From contig OY970208.1 of NCBI GenBank assembly GCA_963713865.1, positions 1,506,449 to 1,570,448 of the forward strand: 64,000 nucleotides of DNA, given 5' to 3'. How positions within the stretch are numbered: position 1 is the stretch's first letter; each line of letters begins with the position of its first letter. Source of the stretch: an uncultured candidate division Zixibacteria bacterium. Lineage in GTDB: Bacteria > Zixibacteria > MSB-5A5 > RBG-16-43-9. The notes under the pieces are model-generated. The model saw only the letters and a program-made list of their open reading frames with translations, had not been told where the DNA came from and did no database searches. Of this stretch, positions 8,603-20,281 are shown piece by piece. Both the position numbers and the translations under genes were made by a program.

Positions 8603-10297
8603 ATGTCTGAGATAAAGATGAAAAGTTCAACTTTTGTATTGTTGTTTGTGGTGATCGTGCTTCTGGTTTTGATTTTTAACACAACGTATAGATTTGTATC
8701 TTTTGGGAGAATTAGTGGATTGGACAGGGTGGCATCTTTGATAAGTTCCAGTTATGTGGACAGGATAGCGAAGGAAAAGGTTATCAAGGATGGGATTACA
8801 GGGATGGTAGCTGATTTAGACCCTTATTCCGAGTATTTAGATAAAAAAGAATTAAGCGGACTTTTAGAAGAGAGTAAAGGAGAGTTTCAGGGGATTGGAT
8901 TGGAAATTGCCATACGGGATGGTTATCCTACGGTTGTCTCACCGTTAGAGGGAAGTCCAGCCTATAAAGCCGGGATTAAGGCAGGGGATAGGATTATCGA
9001 GATAAATGGTATTTCAACTGAGGGTTTATCCGGAGAAGGGGCACAGCAGAAGATCAGAGGTCCTAAAGGTAGTAAGGTTAAGATGACTATTGTGAGAGAA
9101 GGGATAGCAGAGCCTCTTGAATTCAATTTAATCCGGGAAGTAATTGAGATAAGAAGCGTTGCCTTTGCTGGGGAAATAGAGGATGGGATTGGGTATATCA
9201 GGTTAATCAGATTCTCAGAGAATGCACCCGGAGAGTTAAGTAAGGCTTTAGAAGATTTAAAGACCAAAAATATTACGGGACTGATCTTGGATTTAAGAGG
9301 AAATCCGGGCGGGCTACTTCCAGAAGCGGTTGGAGTGACAGAGCTTTTTCTTGAAAAGGGTGAGCTTATAGTTGAGATCAAAGGGAGAAAAGCTTCTGAT
9401 ACTAAAAAGTTTTACTCTCAAGTTCAGCCTGTTTTCGATAGTCTTCCTCTGATTGTCCTGGTGAATTATGGCTCTGCTTCAGCCTCAGAGATTGTATCCG
9501 GTGCTATTCAGGATCAGGATCGGGGTTTGGTTTTAGGGGATACTACCTTTGGTAAAGGTGCAGTCCAGACTCTATTTGAGCTGGCAAATAATACTGCTTT
9601 AAAGCTAACTACTGCTAAGTACTATATCCCCAGTGGTCGACTGATTCAAAAAGAATTCAGTCATAATAAGAACCTTATTGCGGATACCACAGAAATAGTT
9701 GACACTCTACAAAATAAATCAAAAGAGAAGGTCTATTATACCAAGAAAGGAAGAAAAGTTTATGGAGGTGGAGGGATTGTTCCGGATATGGTAATACCTG
9801 ATCTTGCTTTTCCTCCCCTGATTCAAAATCTTTTACAAAAACAGCTATTTTTCGATTTTGCGATTCATTACACTCCCTCAAGGTCAAATTCGACAGTTCA
9901 CAAAAATATACCAGAAGATTTTCAGGCAGATGATAAGGTCTTAAAAGAGTTCAAAGATTTTATTAAATTAAAGAGTTTTGAATATAAAACTGCAACTGAG
10001 TCTGAGCTTGAAAAATTAAAAGCGACAATTAAAGAAGAGAAAGGTTCTGAGCAGGTATCAAATGCAATGAAGGAGACTTTGAATGGGTTAAATTACCTGA
10101 TTGAAAAGGAAAAAGAAGCTGATTTTGAGAAAAATAAAGAGCTTTTGAAATGGCAGATTGAGGAGGCTATAATGACTAAAGAATTCGGCTCCTCAACCAG
10201 GTATAAGGTCTGGGCTAAATACCAGGAGCAGATAAAAAAGGCGATTGAGATTTTGAAAAATAAGGAGGAGTATGAGAGGTTGTTAAGTTCACCATAA
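8603..10297 (+). CDS. carboxyl-terminal processing peptidase (S41 family, PDZ domain)
   Basis: N-terminal TM. PDZ motif GIKAGDRIIEINGIS. S41 motifs LILDLRGNPGGLL and GSASASEI. Confidence 0.85.
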   Translation: MSEIKMKSSTFVLLFVVIVLLVLIFNTTYRFVSFGRISGLDRVASLISSSYVDRIAKEKVIKDGITGMVADLDPYSEYLDKKELSGLLEESKGEFQGIGLEIAIRDGYPTVVSPLEGSPAYKAGIKAGDRIIEINGISTEGLSGEGAQQKIRGPKGSKVKMTIVREGIAEPLEFNLIREVIEIRSVAFAGEIEDGIGYIRLIRFSENAPGELSKALEDLKTKNITGLILDLRGNPGGLLPEAVGVTELFLEKGELIVEIKGRKASDTKKFYSQVQPVFDSLPLIVLVNYGSASASEIVSGAIQDQDRGLVLGDTTFGKGAVQTLFELANNTALKLTTAKYYIPSGRLIQKEFSHNKNLIADTTEIVDTLQNKSKEKVYYTKKGRKVYGGGGIVPDMVIPDLAFPPLIQNLLQKQLFFDFAIHYTPSRSNSTVHKNIPEDFQADDKVLKEFKDFIKLKSFEYKTATESELEKLKATIKEEKGSEQVSNAMKETLNGLNYLIEKEKEADFEKNKELLKWQIEEAIMTKEFGSSTRYKVWAKYQEQIKKAIEILKNKEEYERLLSSP

Positions 10298-10342
10298 AGG
10301 ATGAGTAGCTATAGTGAAGGTAGGACAGACTTTTAGTCTGTT

Positions 10343-10466
10343 CTGTAGGGGTGTGGGGTGGAAGAACGTAAGGCAAGGATTCAGCCTTGCTAAAAACAAA
10401 AGAAAATTAAAGAAGCAACCCTGAAGGTCCAGAATGGATTTTGAGAGTTGCCCTACGAAAAATAAA
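10343..10466 (+). repeat. intergenic repeat element copy B (modules 1+2)
   Basis: ctgtaggg...attcagccttgc...gcaaccctgaaggtccagaatggattttgagagttgccctacgaaaaa aligns to copies A and C. Confidence 0.7.
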
Positions 10467-10572
10467 AGCGGGAGGGGATAACCGCAAAGCTGGATTTCGC
10501 AAAGCTCAACGAGCCCCTCCCTTACTAAAATCAAAAACAAAATATATTTTGAATTGGATTAATCTAATCTTA

Positions 10573-11349
10573 ATGGTTGGGATGGGGGTTTTAGCGGGGT
10601 TATATGGAGCGATACTCGGCTTGGGTGGGGGGATTCTTCTTGTGCCGGCTTTGACCCTTTTCTTTAAAGTACCCATTCATACTGCTATAGGTACCTCTTT
10701 GCTCTGTGTGATTGCAACCTCCTCTGCGGCGGCAACTACTTATGTTCAGAATAGATTGACTGATGTCCGTCTGGGAATGACTCTGGAATTAGCCACCACC
10801 TTAGGGGCGATAATTGGAGGAATTATCGCAGGGTTGATTAACTGGAATATCCTGAGTATACTTTTTTCATTTCTTTTACTTTACAGCGCTCTTTCTATGT
10901 TATCTAAAATAGAAAAAAAGGGAGAAAACTCAACTGAACAGGGATCAATTTCTACATATCAGATTCAAAATCTGCCTGCGGGTTTGGGATTATCTTTTTT
11001 AGCGGGTAATTTCTCCGGTCTTTTGGGAATTGGTGGTGGGATAATTAAAGTCCCGGCGATGTATCTTTTTATGAAAACACCTTTGAAAGTTGCAACTGCT
11101 ACCAGCAATTTTATGATCGGAGTTACTGCTTGCGCCAGTGCTTTTATTTATTATTTCAGAGGGGATATTAACCTTCTGATTTCCGGGATCTCGATTTTAG
11201 GTGTATTCTTGGGTGCTCAAATAGGCTCAAGGATAATTCATAAAATTAAAACTAATTATATAAGAATAGCTTTTATTCTGGTTTTATTTTATCTTTGTTT
11301 AGAGATGTTTTTCAAAGGAATGAAAATTCATTTTTTATTTTTTGGCTAA
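10573..11349 (+). CDS. TSUP-family transporter (sulfite exporter TauE/SafE family)
   Basis: Gly-rich TM repeats (LGLGGGILLVPAL; LLGIGGGIIKVPAM). In-frame ATG 10573 chosen because ORF residues upstream of it translate the repeat element (TTG 10549 is an alternative). Confidence 0.7.
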   Translation: MVGMGVLAGLYGAILGLGGGILLVPALTLFFKVPIHTAIGTSLLCVIATSSAAATTYVQNRLTDVRLGMTLELATTLGAIIGGIIAGLINWNILSILFSFLLLYSALSMLSKIEKKGENSTEQGSISTYQIQNLPAGLGLSFLAGNFSGLLGIGGGIIKVPAMYLFMKTPLKVATATSNFMIGVTACASAFIYYFRGDINLLISGISILGVFLGAQIGSRIIHKIKTNYIRIAFILVLFYLCLEMFFKGMKIHFLFFG

Positions 11350-11419
11350 AAAAACTGAATTTCAGCCGATAAGTCTAAATGTAAGTATAAATTCCTCAAA
11401 GAATTAAGACTAAAAAAGT

Positions 11420-11767
11420 ATGCAAAAGGAAGATATCGTTCACCGTTACATCAGTTCAATCTTAAAATTAGGTACATATTTATCTGGATCGATCTTAATA
11501 TTTGGATTTATCCTGTTGATTTTTTCTCCTTCGAAAACTTCCGCCACACTTTTTTCTTTTTCAGAACTTTCTTCTGAACTATTTAAGTTAAATCCTTATG
11601 CTTTTATAAATTTAGGTGTCTTAATTTTGATTTTTACTCCGGTATCGAGAGTAATTGTGGCAATAATCTCCTTCTTTTTGGAGAAGGATAAAAAATATAT
11701 CTGGATTTCATCTGGAGTTCTTTTAATCTTGATCGGGAGTATGATTCTTTCAGTTTTAAAGATTTGA
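11420..11767 (+). CDS. small membrane protein, DUF1634-like partner of TauE/SafE transporters
   Basis: 115 aa, 3-4 TM helices, positioned directly after the TSUP gene. Family assignment recalled from memory. Confidence 0.45.
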   Translation: MQKEDIVHRYISSILKLGTYLSGSILIFGFILLIFSPSKTSATLFSFSELSSELFKLNPYAFINLGVLILIFTPVSRVIVAIISFFLEKDKKYIWISSGVLLILIGSMILSVLKI

Positions 11768-11953
11768 AATCTGTTGGTTTTGAATTTACATAGCGTCCTG
11801 CTCTATGCAGGACGAACTGAAACGTCTGGGATAAACCCAAACACTACAAAAAGTAAGAACACATTGCAACGTGCCCAGCCATCTAAAAATGATTGATTTT
11901 GAGTTCAAAATCGTTTTATTACTTATAAGATAAACTGAATTTAAGGATTTCTT

Positions 11954-14476
11954 ATGAAAACCGTGATAATGGCAGGTGGGTTTGGAACCAGGCTCAGACC
12001 TTTAACCTGTAACCTTCCCAAACCGATGGTTTCCATTGCCAATAAGCCGATGATGGAGCATATCCTCAACCTTTTGAAGAAGCATAATCTTAAAGAAATT
12101 GTCGCTCTGCTTTTTTTCCAAGGGGAGGAGATAAAAAATTATTTCGGAGATGGTTCAAAATTCGGAGTAAAGATCGAATATATCACTGCTGCTGAAGATT
12201 ATGGCACTGCAGGAAGCGTTAAGAATGCGGAAGAACTTTTATATAAGGGTTCTTCATCCGGATCAAATGAGAGGTTCCTGGTAATCTCCGGGGATGTTCT
12301 TACTGATATCGATCTATCTTTAGCTCTAGATTTTCATTTGAAAAACAAGGCTAAAGCTACTATGGTTTTGTCACGGATGGAAAACCCTTTATCCTATGGG
12401 GTGGTTTTTACGCAGGAGGATGGAAGAATCTCTCGCTTTCTGGAAAAGCCTACCTGGGGAGAAGTTTTCAGCGATACGGTCAATACCGGGATCTATATCT
12501 TAGAGACGGATATATTAGAGAAAATTCCTGCAAAAAAAGAATTTGATTTTAGCAAAGACCTTTTCCCTTTGATGCTTAAAGAAAATGAACGGCTTTTTGG
12601 ATATGTCTCCCCGGATTACTGGAGAGATGTAGGTAATTTAGCGGAATATTCTCAAGCTCATCAGGATATATTAGAGGGTAAGGTTAAGATAGAAATTGAA
12701 GGGAATCTTTTAAAAAGAAAAGAAGCATTGCTCTGGGTGGGTAAAAATGTGAAGGTAGGGGAGGAGATGGAATTCGGTGGGGTGGTTATCTTAGGGAGTA
12801 ATTCTAACTTAGGGTCGAAATCTAAAATCTCTAATTCGGTTATAGGGGAGGGGGTGCACTGTGGAGAAGGGGTTAATATAAACCGTTCAGTAATCTGGAA
12901 AGATAGTTTCATAGGGAATCGTGCTACTTTAAGGGAAACAGTAGTAAGTTTTAAAACAATTATCGGGGAAGAGGCTACTCTTTTAGAAGACTCTATCGTA
13001 AGTGAGAATTGTATCATAGGCTCAAGGTCCAAAATAAATTCCAATGTAAAGGTCTGGCCTGGTAAAGAGGTTGAATCCGGGGCAATCCTTTCCACAAGCT
13101 TGGTCTGGGGAGAAAAATGGAACCGAGAGCTATTCACAGATGCTAAAGTCAGCGGATTGGGAAACTTAGAGTTTACACCTGAATTTGCAGTAAAATTAGG
13201 TGCGGCATTTGGAGCAATTTTAGGAAAAGGGGCAACCGTGGTTACCAGTCGAGATGCTGGGAAAACCTCCAGGATGACTAATCGTGCCTTTATTTGCGGG
13301 CTTTTATCCTCGGGTGTAAATGTACAAGACCTGAGGACTTTACCGATTCCAGTGGTGAGATATGAGTTGAAATCGGGCAGGGAAAAGGGTGGTATTCATG
13401 TCAGAACTTCACCTATAGAGGATAAAACAATAGATATTATCTTTTTTGATGGAAATGGTCATGATCTTCCAACTTCTAAAGCTAAAGCGGTAGAAAGATT
13501 TTTCTTCCGAGAAGATTTTAGAAGAGCTTCGATGGAGGAGGTAGGGCAACTCGATTTTCCTCAGAGAGTGATTGAATCTTATCGTGATGATTTTCTGAAA
13601 GCGATTGATACCGAAGCAATCAAACAGGCTAAATTCAAGGTGGTTATCGATTATTCTTATGGGGGTGCTTCAGAAATATTCCCTTCAATTTTAGGAGCTT
13701 TAGAATGTGATGTCATCTCTTTAAATGCCTATTTGGATACAAAGAAATTAACTCGAAATGGGAGGGAGGAGGTTCAATCCTTACAGCAACTTTCTACCAT
13801 TGTTAAATCATTAAAAGCAGATGTTGGATTTCTCTTAGATCCAGGAGCAGAGAAGATCTCAGCTATTGATGAGAAAGGTGAATTTGTCTCTGCAGATTTG
13901 TTGCTTCTGATGATAACCTCCTTATTTTTAAGCTCTAATAAAGCTCAAAAGATAGCGGTGCCAGTGGTGGCTTCTATGGGGGTAGAGGAGATTGCCTCAG
14001 AATACGGGGTTAAGGTTATAAGGGTTAGAAATGATCATTTAGCTATGATGGATGCCGTAAGTTCCTTAAAGGTTGATTTTGTTGGTGGGACTAAAGGAGG
14101 TTTTATCTTCCCGGGATTCCAATTAGGTGCAGATGGGATGTATGATGTGATCAAAATCTTGGAACTTATGGCTAAGACTAAAAAAAGATTAGGTGATCTA
14201 AGAGGAGAGCTGGAGCAATTCTACTGGATTAAAGAAATGATGCCCTGTGACTGGAGTAAAAAAGGGCAGGTAATGAGGAAGCTTATACAATATACAGAGC
14301 AGTCTAATAGAGAACTGATAGATGGGGTTAGAGTTTTACTGGATGATTCCTGGGTTCTGGTTGTTCCGGATAGAAGGAAGGCTAACTTTCATATTTATAT
14401 TGAATCTAAAGATAAATCTATGGCTGAGAAGTTGTTTAAAGAGTATTCACAAAAAATAGAAGAATGGCAAAAATAG
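11954..14476 (+). CDS. bifunctional sugar-1-phosphate nucleotidyltransferase / phosphomannomutase-like protein (ManC/ManB-type fusion)
   Basis: N-terminal MKTVIMAGGFGTRLRPLT NTP-transferase motif, a hexapeptide-repeat middle section, and a C-terminal PGM/PMM-like domain (GGIHVRTSP). 840 aa. Confidence 0.75.
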   Translation: MKTVIMAGGFGTRLRPLTCNLPKPMVSIANKPMMEHILNLLKKHNLKEIVALLFFQGEEIKNYFGDGSKFGVKIEYITAAEDYGTAGSVKNAEELLYKGSSSGSNERFLVISGDVLTDIDLSLALDFHLKNKAKATMVLSRMENPLSYGVVFTQEDGRISRFLEKPTWGEVFSDTVNTGIYILETDILEKIPAKKEFDFSKDLFPLMLKENERLFGYVSPDYWRDVGNLAEYSQAHQDILEGKVKIEIEGNLLKRKEALLWVGKNVKVGEEMEFGGVVILGSNSNLGSKSKISNSVIGEGVHCGEGVNINRSVIWKDSFIGNRATLRETVVSFKTIIGEEATLLEDSIVSENCIIGSRSKINSNVKVWPGKEVESGAILSTSLVWGEKWNRELFTDAKVSGLGNLEFTPEFAVKLGAAFGAILGKGATVVTSRDAGKTSRMTNRAFICGLLSSGVNVQDLRTLPIPVVRYELKSGREKGGIHVRTSPIEDKTIDIIFFDGNGHDLPTSKAKAVERFFFREDFRRASMEEVGQLDFPQRVIESYRDDFLKAIDTEAIKQAKFKVVIDYSYGGASEIFPSILGALECDVISLNAYLDTKKLTRNGREEVQSLQQLSTIVKSLKADVGFLLDPGAEKISAIDEKGEFVSADLLLLMITSLFLSSNKAQKIAVPVVASMGVEEIASEYGVKVIRVRNDHLAMMDAVSSLKVDFVGGTKGGFIFPGFQLGADGMYDVIKILELMAKTKKRLGDLRGELEQFYWIKEMMPCDWSKKGQVMRKLIQYTEQSNRELIDGVRVLLDDSWVLVVPDRRKANFHIYIESKDKSMAEKLFKEYSQKIEEWQK

Positions 14477-14590
14477 TTACTCAGTGGACGACTCTGAAAA
14501 AGACCGTCTTACAATTTTATTAACATAGAGTCTGAGCTTGCCCTGGGTACAATATTTAATATCGATCATCTTATATTTATCATCCAGAAA

Positions 14591-16577
<1,987 letters not shown>

Positions 16578-16614
16578 TACCTCCGCTCCGGTTTTTTTTA
16601 GAGTATTTTCGAGA

Positions 16615-18168
16615 TCATCCAGAACATCCTACCACCTTCAGGTCTTTTGGATAATCTTTATCCTCAGAGACAAAACCTACAACCTTAAAACCGGGATTGA
16701 AGTCTGTTTTCAAAAATCTATTCAACTCCTGTGCATTTACTTTAGTCCCTACTATTAGACTTTTTCTTACTCCCATCCCCTTGAGATTAAGAGCTCTTTT
16801 AACTAATATGAAAGATGTCCTTAAAGCTAAAAGAAGCAAGCTTAAACTCAAAGTGTAAAGCAGAACAAATCGGATAGTGACAAATTTAAAAGACAGAATC
16901 GAAAAAATCATTATCCCCAAGATGACTGATTTTAAGATCTTATCCCATTCAACTTTCAACGGAAGCTCCGATCTCAGCTCATATAGCCCTAATATGGCAA
17001 AGAGAACTAACCAGTAAAAGGTTATCCAGATAGCTGGAATTATATATTCTGACAAAGGGATAACTATGGGGGTACTGAAAAGACCTGATTCAAATCTTAA
17101 CCAGTAGAAGAAAAGGAAGGCGGAATTAACGGAGATGACATCCAAAAAGATCAACCAGAGTTTTTCTCCTACCCGGGCAAACCGGCGATGAAGATAAGTT
17201 CCCAGAATGGCTAAAAGAAGACCGACCCAGAAAGCTATCAGGACTTTCCAGGGCGATTCAAAAATTGAAAATACCAGTACCCCTATTACACCAAGACTTA
17301 AGCTGATCAGATAAATGGAACCCAAAGTCTTTTTCAGGTGAAAACCCAAATTCATCAGTCGGTGAGAGGAATGGTCCTTACCTCCCTTATAGAATTTTCT
17401 CCCCTCCTTTAAACGAGTGAATGTAACCAGGGAGATATCAAAAATCGGATAACTCAAAATTAGCATAGGGGCCAGAAGTAAATTGAAAGAGTTATTTTTT
17501 TTAGCGAATAAAATCCCTAAAACCGAGAGAATAAATCCATTGAACATACTGCCAGCATCGCCCAGGAAAATCTTGGCTGGTGGGAAATTGTATACTAAAA
17601 ATCCCAACAGCGCTCCCATGAGGGCAAGGCAGAGAATAATCTGATCACCCTGACTGTTGAAAATAAAAATCAGCATAAAAGCCGTAGCAGCTATAAAAGA
17701 TATGCCACTACATAGCCCATCCATATTGTCCAAGAAATTAATGGCATTCATCAATCCAACCATCCAGAGGAAAAGGAGCAAATCCCCGATAACTCCAAAA
17801 CTCAGACTGCCCAGGCTATGGCTTACTAAAAGGAAGATAAAAGAAGCCAATATCTGCCCTAAGAATTTAACGCCGGGTTGCATACCAAATTTATCATCCC
17901 AGAGTCCAAATCCAATGACGATCAGACCTCCGATAAGAACCCCGGAAAGCTCATTTGTCCAGGGATATCCTGATAAAAAACTCAAAAAAACTGCCCCGCA
18001 GAATCCCAGGAAGACAGAAGCTCCCCCTAAGAGAGGGGTCGGCTGTAAATGGATCTTCCTCGGATCGGGGTAGTCCAGAAAATTAGTTTTAAAGGCTAAC
18101 TTTCTAAAAAGAGGAGTCAGAACTAAAACTAAAAGTAAAGAGATCAAAAAGATGAAAATATATGACAT
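16615..18168 (-). CDS. As read, a WecA/MraY-family (GT4) polytopic phosphoglycosyl transferase fused to the TM/Rossmann N-terminal part of the WbaP-like enzyme. Two separate genes are likely if the A5 run (plus-strand T5 at 17161-17165) is really A4.
   Basis: WecA motifs LWDDKFG, NAINFLDNMDGL, FLGDAGSMFNGF and KDHSSHRL. From about aa 338 the sequence becomes WbaP N-terminal TM helices and then VRKSLIVGTKVNAQEL...VVGFVSEDKD. Confidence 0.7.
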   Translation of the reverse strand: MSYIFIFLISLLLVLVLTPLFRKLAFKTNFLDYPDPRKIHLQPTPLLGGASVFLGFCGAVFLSFLSGYPWTNELSGVLIGGLIVIGFGLWDDKFGMQPGVKFLGQILASFIFLLVSHSLGSLSFGVIGDLLLFLWMVGLMNAINFLDNMDGLCSGISFIAATAFMLIFIFNSQGDQIILCLALMGALLGFLVYNFPPAKIFLGDAGSMFNGFILSVLGILFAKKNNSFNLLLAPMLILSYPIFDISLVTFTRLKEGRKFYKGGKDHSSHRLMNLGFHLKKTLGSIYLISLSLGVIGVLVFSIFESPWKVLIAFWVGLLLAILGTYLHRRFARVGEKLWLIFLDVISVNSAFLFFYWLRFESGLFSTPIVIPLSEYIIPAIWITFYWLVLFAILGLYELRSELPLKVEWDKILKSVILGIMIFSILSFKFVTIRFVLLYTLSLSLLLLALRTSFILVKRALNLKGMGVRKSLIVGTKVNAQELNRFLKTDFNPGFKVVGFVSEDKDYPKDLKVVGCSG

Positions 18169-18176
18169 GTCTCAAA

Positions 18177-19136
18177 CTATTCTCGATAATAGTCTATGAT
18201 TTTCTCTAAACTTTCTTCCAGATTCACCCTGGGTTTATATCCTATTAGATGATTTATCTTGGTTATATCCGGAACTCTTCTAATCATATCTTCAAATCCT
18301 TTTTCAAAAGCTTTATCATAAGGAATATACACGATCTTAGACTTACTATTAGTCATCTTTTTAATAAGGAGGGCTAACCGTTCAATAGTAATTTCTCTTC
18401 CATTCCCTACATTGAATACCTCGCCAACTGCTTTTGGATGTTCAGAGAGTCCTATCAAAGCAGAGACCACATCTGTGACATGGGTAAAACTGCGGCTTTG
18501 TTTACCATCTCCATATACGGTAATGGGATGTGAAAGGAGTGCTTGCTGTATGAAAGAAGGGACTACCATACCATACCTTCCAGTCTGACGAGGTCCAATC
18601 GTATTAAATAGTCGAGCAATGACTATGGGAAGCTTCTTTTCATGAAAATAGGCTAAGGCTAAAAATTCGTCTATGGCTTTGGAACAGGCATAGCTCCATC
18701 TGCTTTTGGTGGTAGGTCCGTAAACACTGTCATCCTCTTCTCGAAAAGGGATTTTACTGTTTTTTCCATAGACTTCTGATGTGGAAGCGAGAATTACTTT
18801 TCTTTTGAATTTATTAGCTGACTTTAATACTATTTCGGTTCCTAAGATATTGGTTTCAATAGTATCCACCGGTTTTTCGATGATCAAGCGAACCCCGACT
18901 GCTGCCGCCAGGTGAAAAATCAGCTCACACTTCTTGGTTAATTCTTCCACTGCCTTCTCTTCCAATATCGTCTCAATAGTTATATGAAACCTTGGATTGG
19001 CGGCTAAGTGTTTTACATTCTCCAGCCTGCCGGTGGAAAGGTTGTCAATTACATAAACCTCTTCACCCTGGCGCAAGAGTTCCTCGGCTAAATGTGATCC
19101 GATAAACCCAGCCCCGCCGGTGATCAAGATTTTCAT
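18177..19136 (-). CDS. NAD-dependent sugar-nucleotide epimerase/dehydratase (UDP-glucuronate decarboxylase / UDP-glucose 4-epimerase-like)
   Basis: MKILITGGAGFIGSHL Rossmann motif and YxxxK SDR architecture. 319 aa. Confidence 0.8.
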   Translation of the reverse strand: MKILITGGAGFIGSHLAEELLRQGEEVYVIDNLSTGRLENVKHLAANPRFHITIETILEEKAVEELTKKCELIFHLAAAVGVRLIIEKPVDTIETNILGTEIVLKSANKFKRKVILASTSEVYGKNSKIPFREEDDSVYGPTTKSRWSYACSKAIDEFLALAYFHEKKLPIVIARLFNTIGPRQTGRYGMVVPSFIQQALLSHPITVYGDGKQSRSFTHVTDVVSALIGLSEHPKAVGEVFNVGNGREITIERLALLIKKMTNSKSKIVYIPYDKAFEKGFEDMIRRVPDITKINHLIGYKPRVNLEESLEKIIDYYRE

Positions 19137-19162
19137 ATTTTAATACTCTCCATTTTACTTTT

Positions 19163-20281
19163 TCAATCCTCTAACATCTCAATATAAAGCTTTTTTACCC
19201 GAGATACCATAAGTTCTTTGCTGAAATCTCCTCTAACTCTTTCCCTGCTTGCTTCTCCAAATTTTTCTCTGAGTCCTTTATTCTCCAGAAGATAATTTAT
19301 CGCTTTTGATAAAGTAACTGTATCTCTGGGAGGGACAACCAGGCCGGTCTTATTGTTTAGGTTTACAAAAGAGGTCCCAGTGCCTAATTCTGTGGAGATG
19401 ATTGGCAAACCACAAGCCATCGCTTCTAAAAGCGAAATCCCAAAGGCTTCGCTCTTATGAGAAGAGGGTAATACGAAAAGATCGGCTGCCCGGTAATAAG
19501 AACCCAATTCCTCATCCGGAACCTCTCCTGCAAAAAAGACCCTATCTTCCAGATTAAGAGCCCTGACCTTCTTTACCAGTTCATCCCTTAATATTCCATC
19601 CCCCACAATTAAAATCTTACCCGCCACTTCCCTGGCTGATTCAATCAGATAATCTAATCCCTTGTAGTAACGAAGCTTTCCCAAGAAAAGAACCAGGGGA
19701 CCCGGATATCTTTTTTTGATCTCTCCTATCTTCTCCTCATCTCTATAAGCGAAACGGGCCAAGTCTATGCCAAAAGGGATGATCTGGATTTTATCAACAT
19801 ATCCAGAAAGATAATCTGAAGTCTGGATATATTTAGAATTGCTAACGATAATCACTTGTGCTCTTTTAAGAATTTTTCTAAGGAAAGGACGATAAAACCA
19901 GAGCAGTTTTTTCTGTTTCACTATATCGCTATGATAGGTTAAGACAATTTTTTCATTATTACCCTTTAACAAAACTGCCAGCTCACCTAAGGGGTAGGGG
20001 AAATGAACGTGGATAAGATCGGGATTTAATTTAATAGCCCAGCTAAACAAACTAAGGCTTAAGGGGGTTGAAGCAAATTTGCCCAACCAGGCTGTTTTTA
20101 TGATCTTGACCTTCCCCTCTTTTTCTACTACAGTTCTGAAATCCTGGTTAGTGACCAGAACCTCCACCTGGAAGTTCTCATCCTTGGCTAACTCACCAGC
20201 CAGAAGTCTGACATGATTTTCAATCCCTCCCACTACCGGGAAGTAATCTTTATAGATATGAAGGATTCTCAGTTTTTTCAT
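19163..20281 (-). CDS. glycosyltransferase family 4 (GT-B)
   Basis: EAMACGLPIIST signature. 372 aa. Confidence 0.8.
   Translation of the reverse strand: MKKLRILHIYKDYFPVVGGIENHVRLLAGELAKDENFQVEVLVTNQDFRTVVEKEGKVKIIKTAWLGKFASTPLSLSLFSWAIKLNPDLIHVHFPYPLGELAVLLKGNNEKIVLTYHSDIVKQKKLLWFYRPFLRKILKRAQVIIVSNSKYIQTSDYLSGYVDKIQIIPFGIDLARFAYRDEEKIGEIKKRYPGPLVLFLGKLRYYKGLDYLIESAREVAGKILIVGDGILRDELVKKVRALNLEDRVFFAGEVPDEELGSYYRAADLFVLPSSHKSEAFGISLLEAMACGLPIISTELGTGTSFVNLNNKTGLVVPPRDTVTLSKAINYLLENKGLREKFGEASRERVRGDFSKELMVSRVKKLYIEMLED

Noticed and set aside
8962-9381. Antisense or overlapping ORFs inside conserved genes (e.g. 8962..9381, 12661..13137, 17657..18073, 51340..51816, 54552..54944)
   Set aside because: All lie opposite well-supported coding regions and have low-complexity translations. 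Treated as six-frame noise.
10441-10572. N-terminal extension of the TSUP transporter ORF
   Set aside because: These codons translate repeat element copy B and the gggagggg/cccctccc hairpin. The internal ATG 10573 gives a typical TSUP length.
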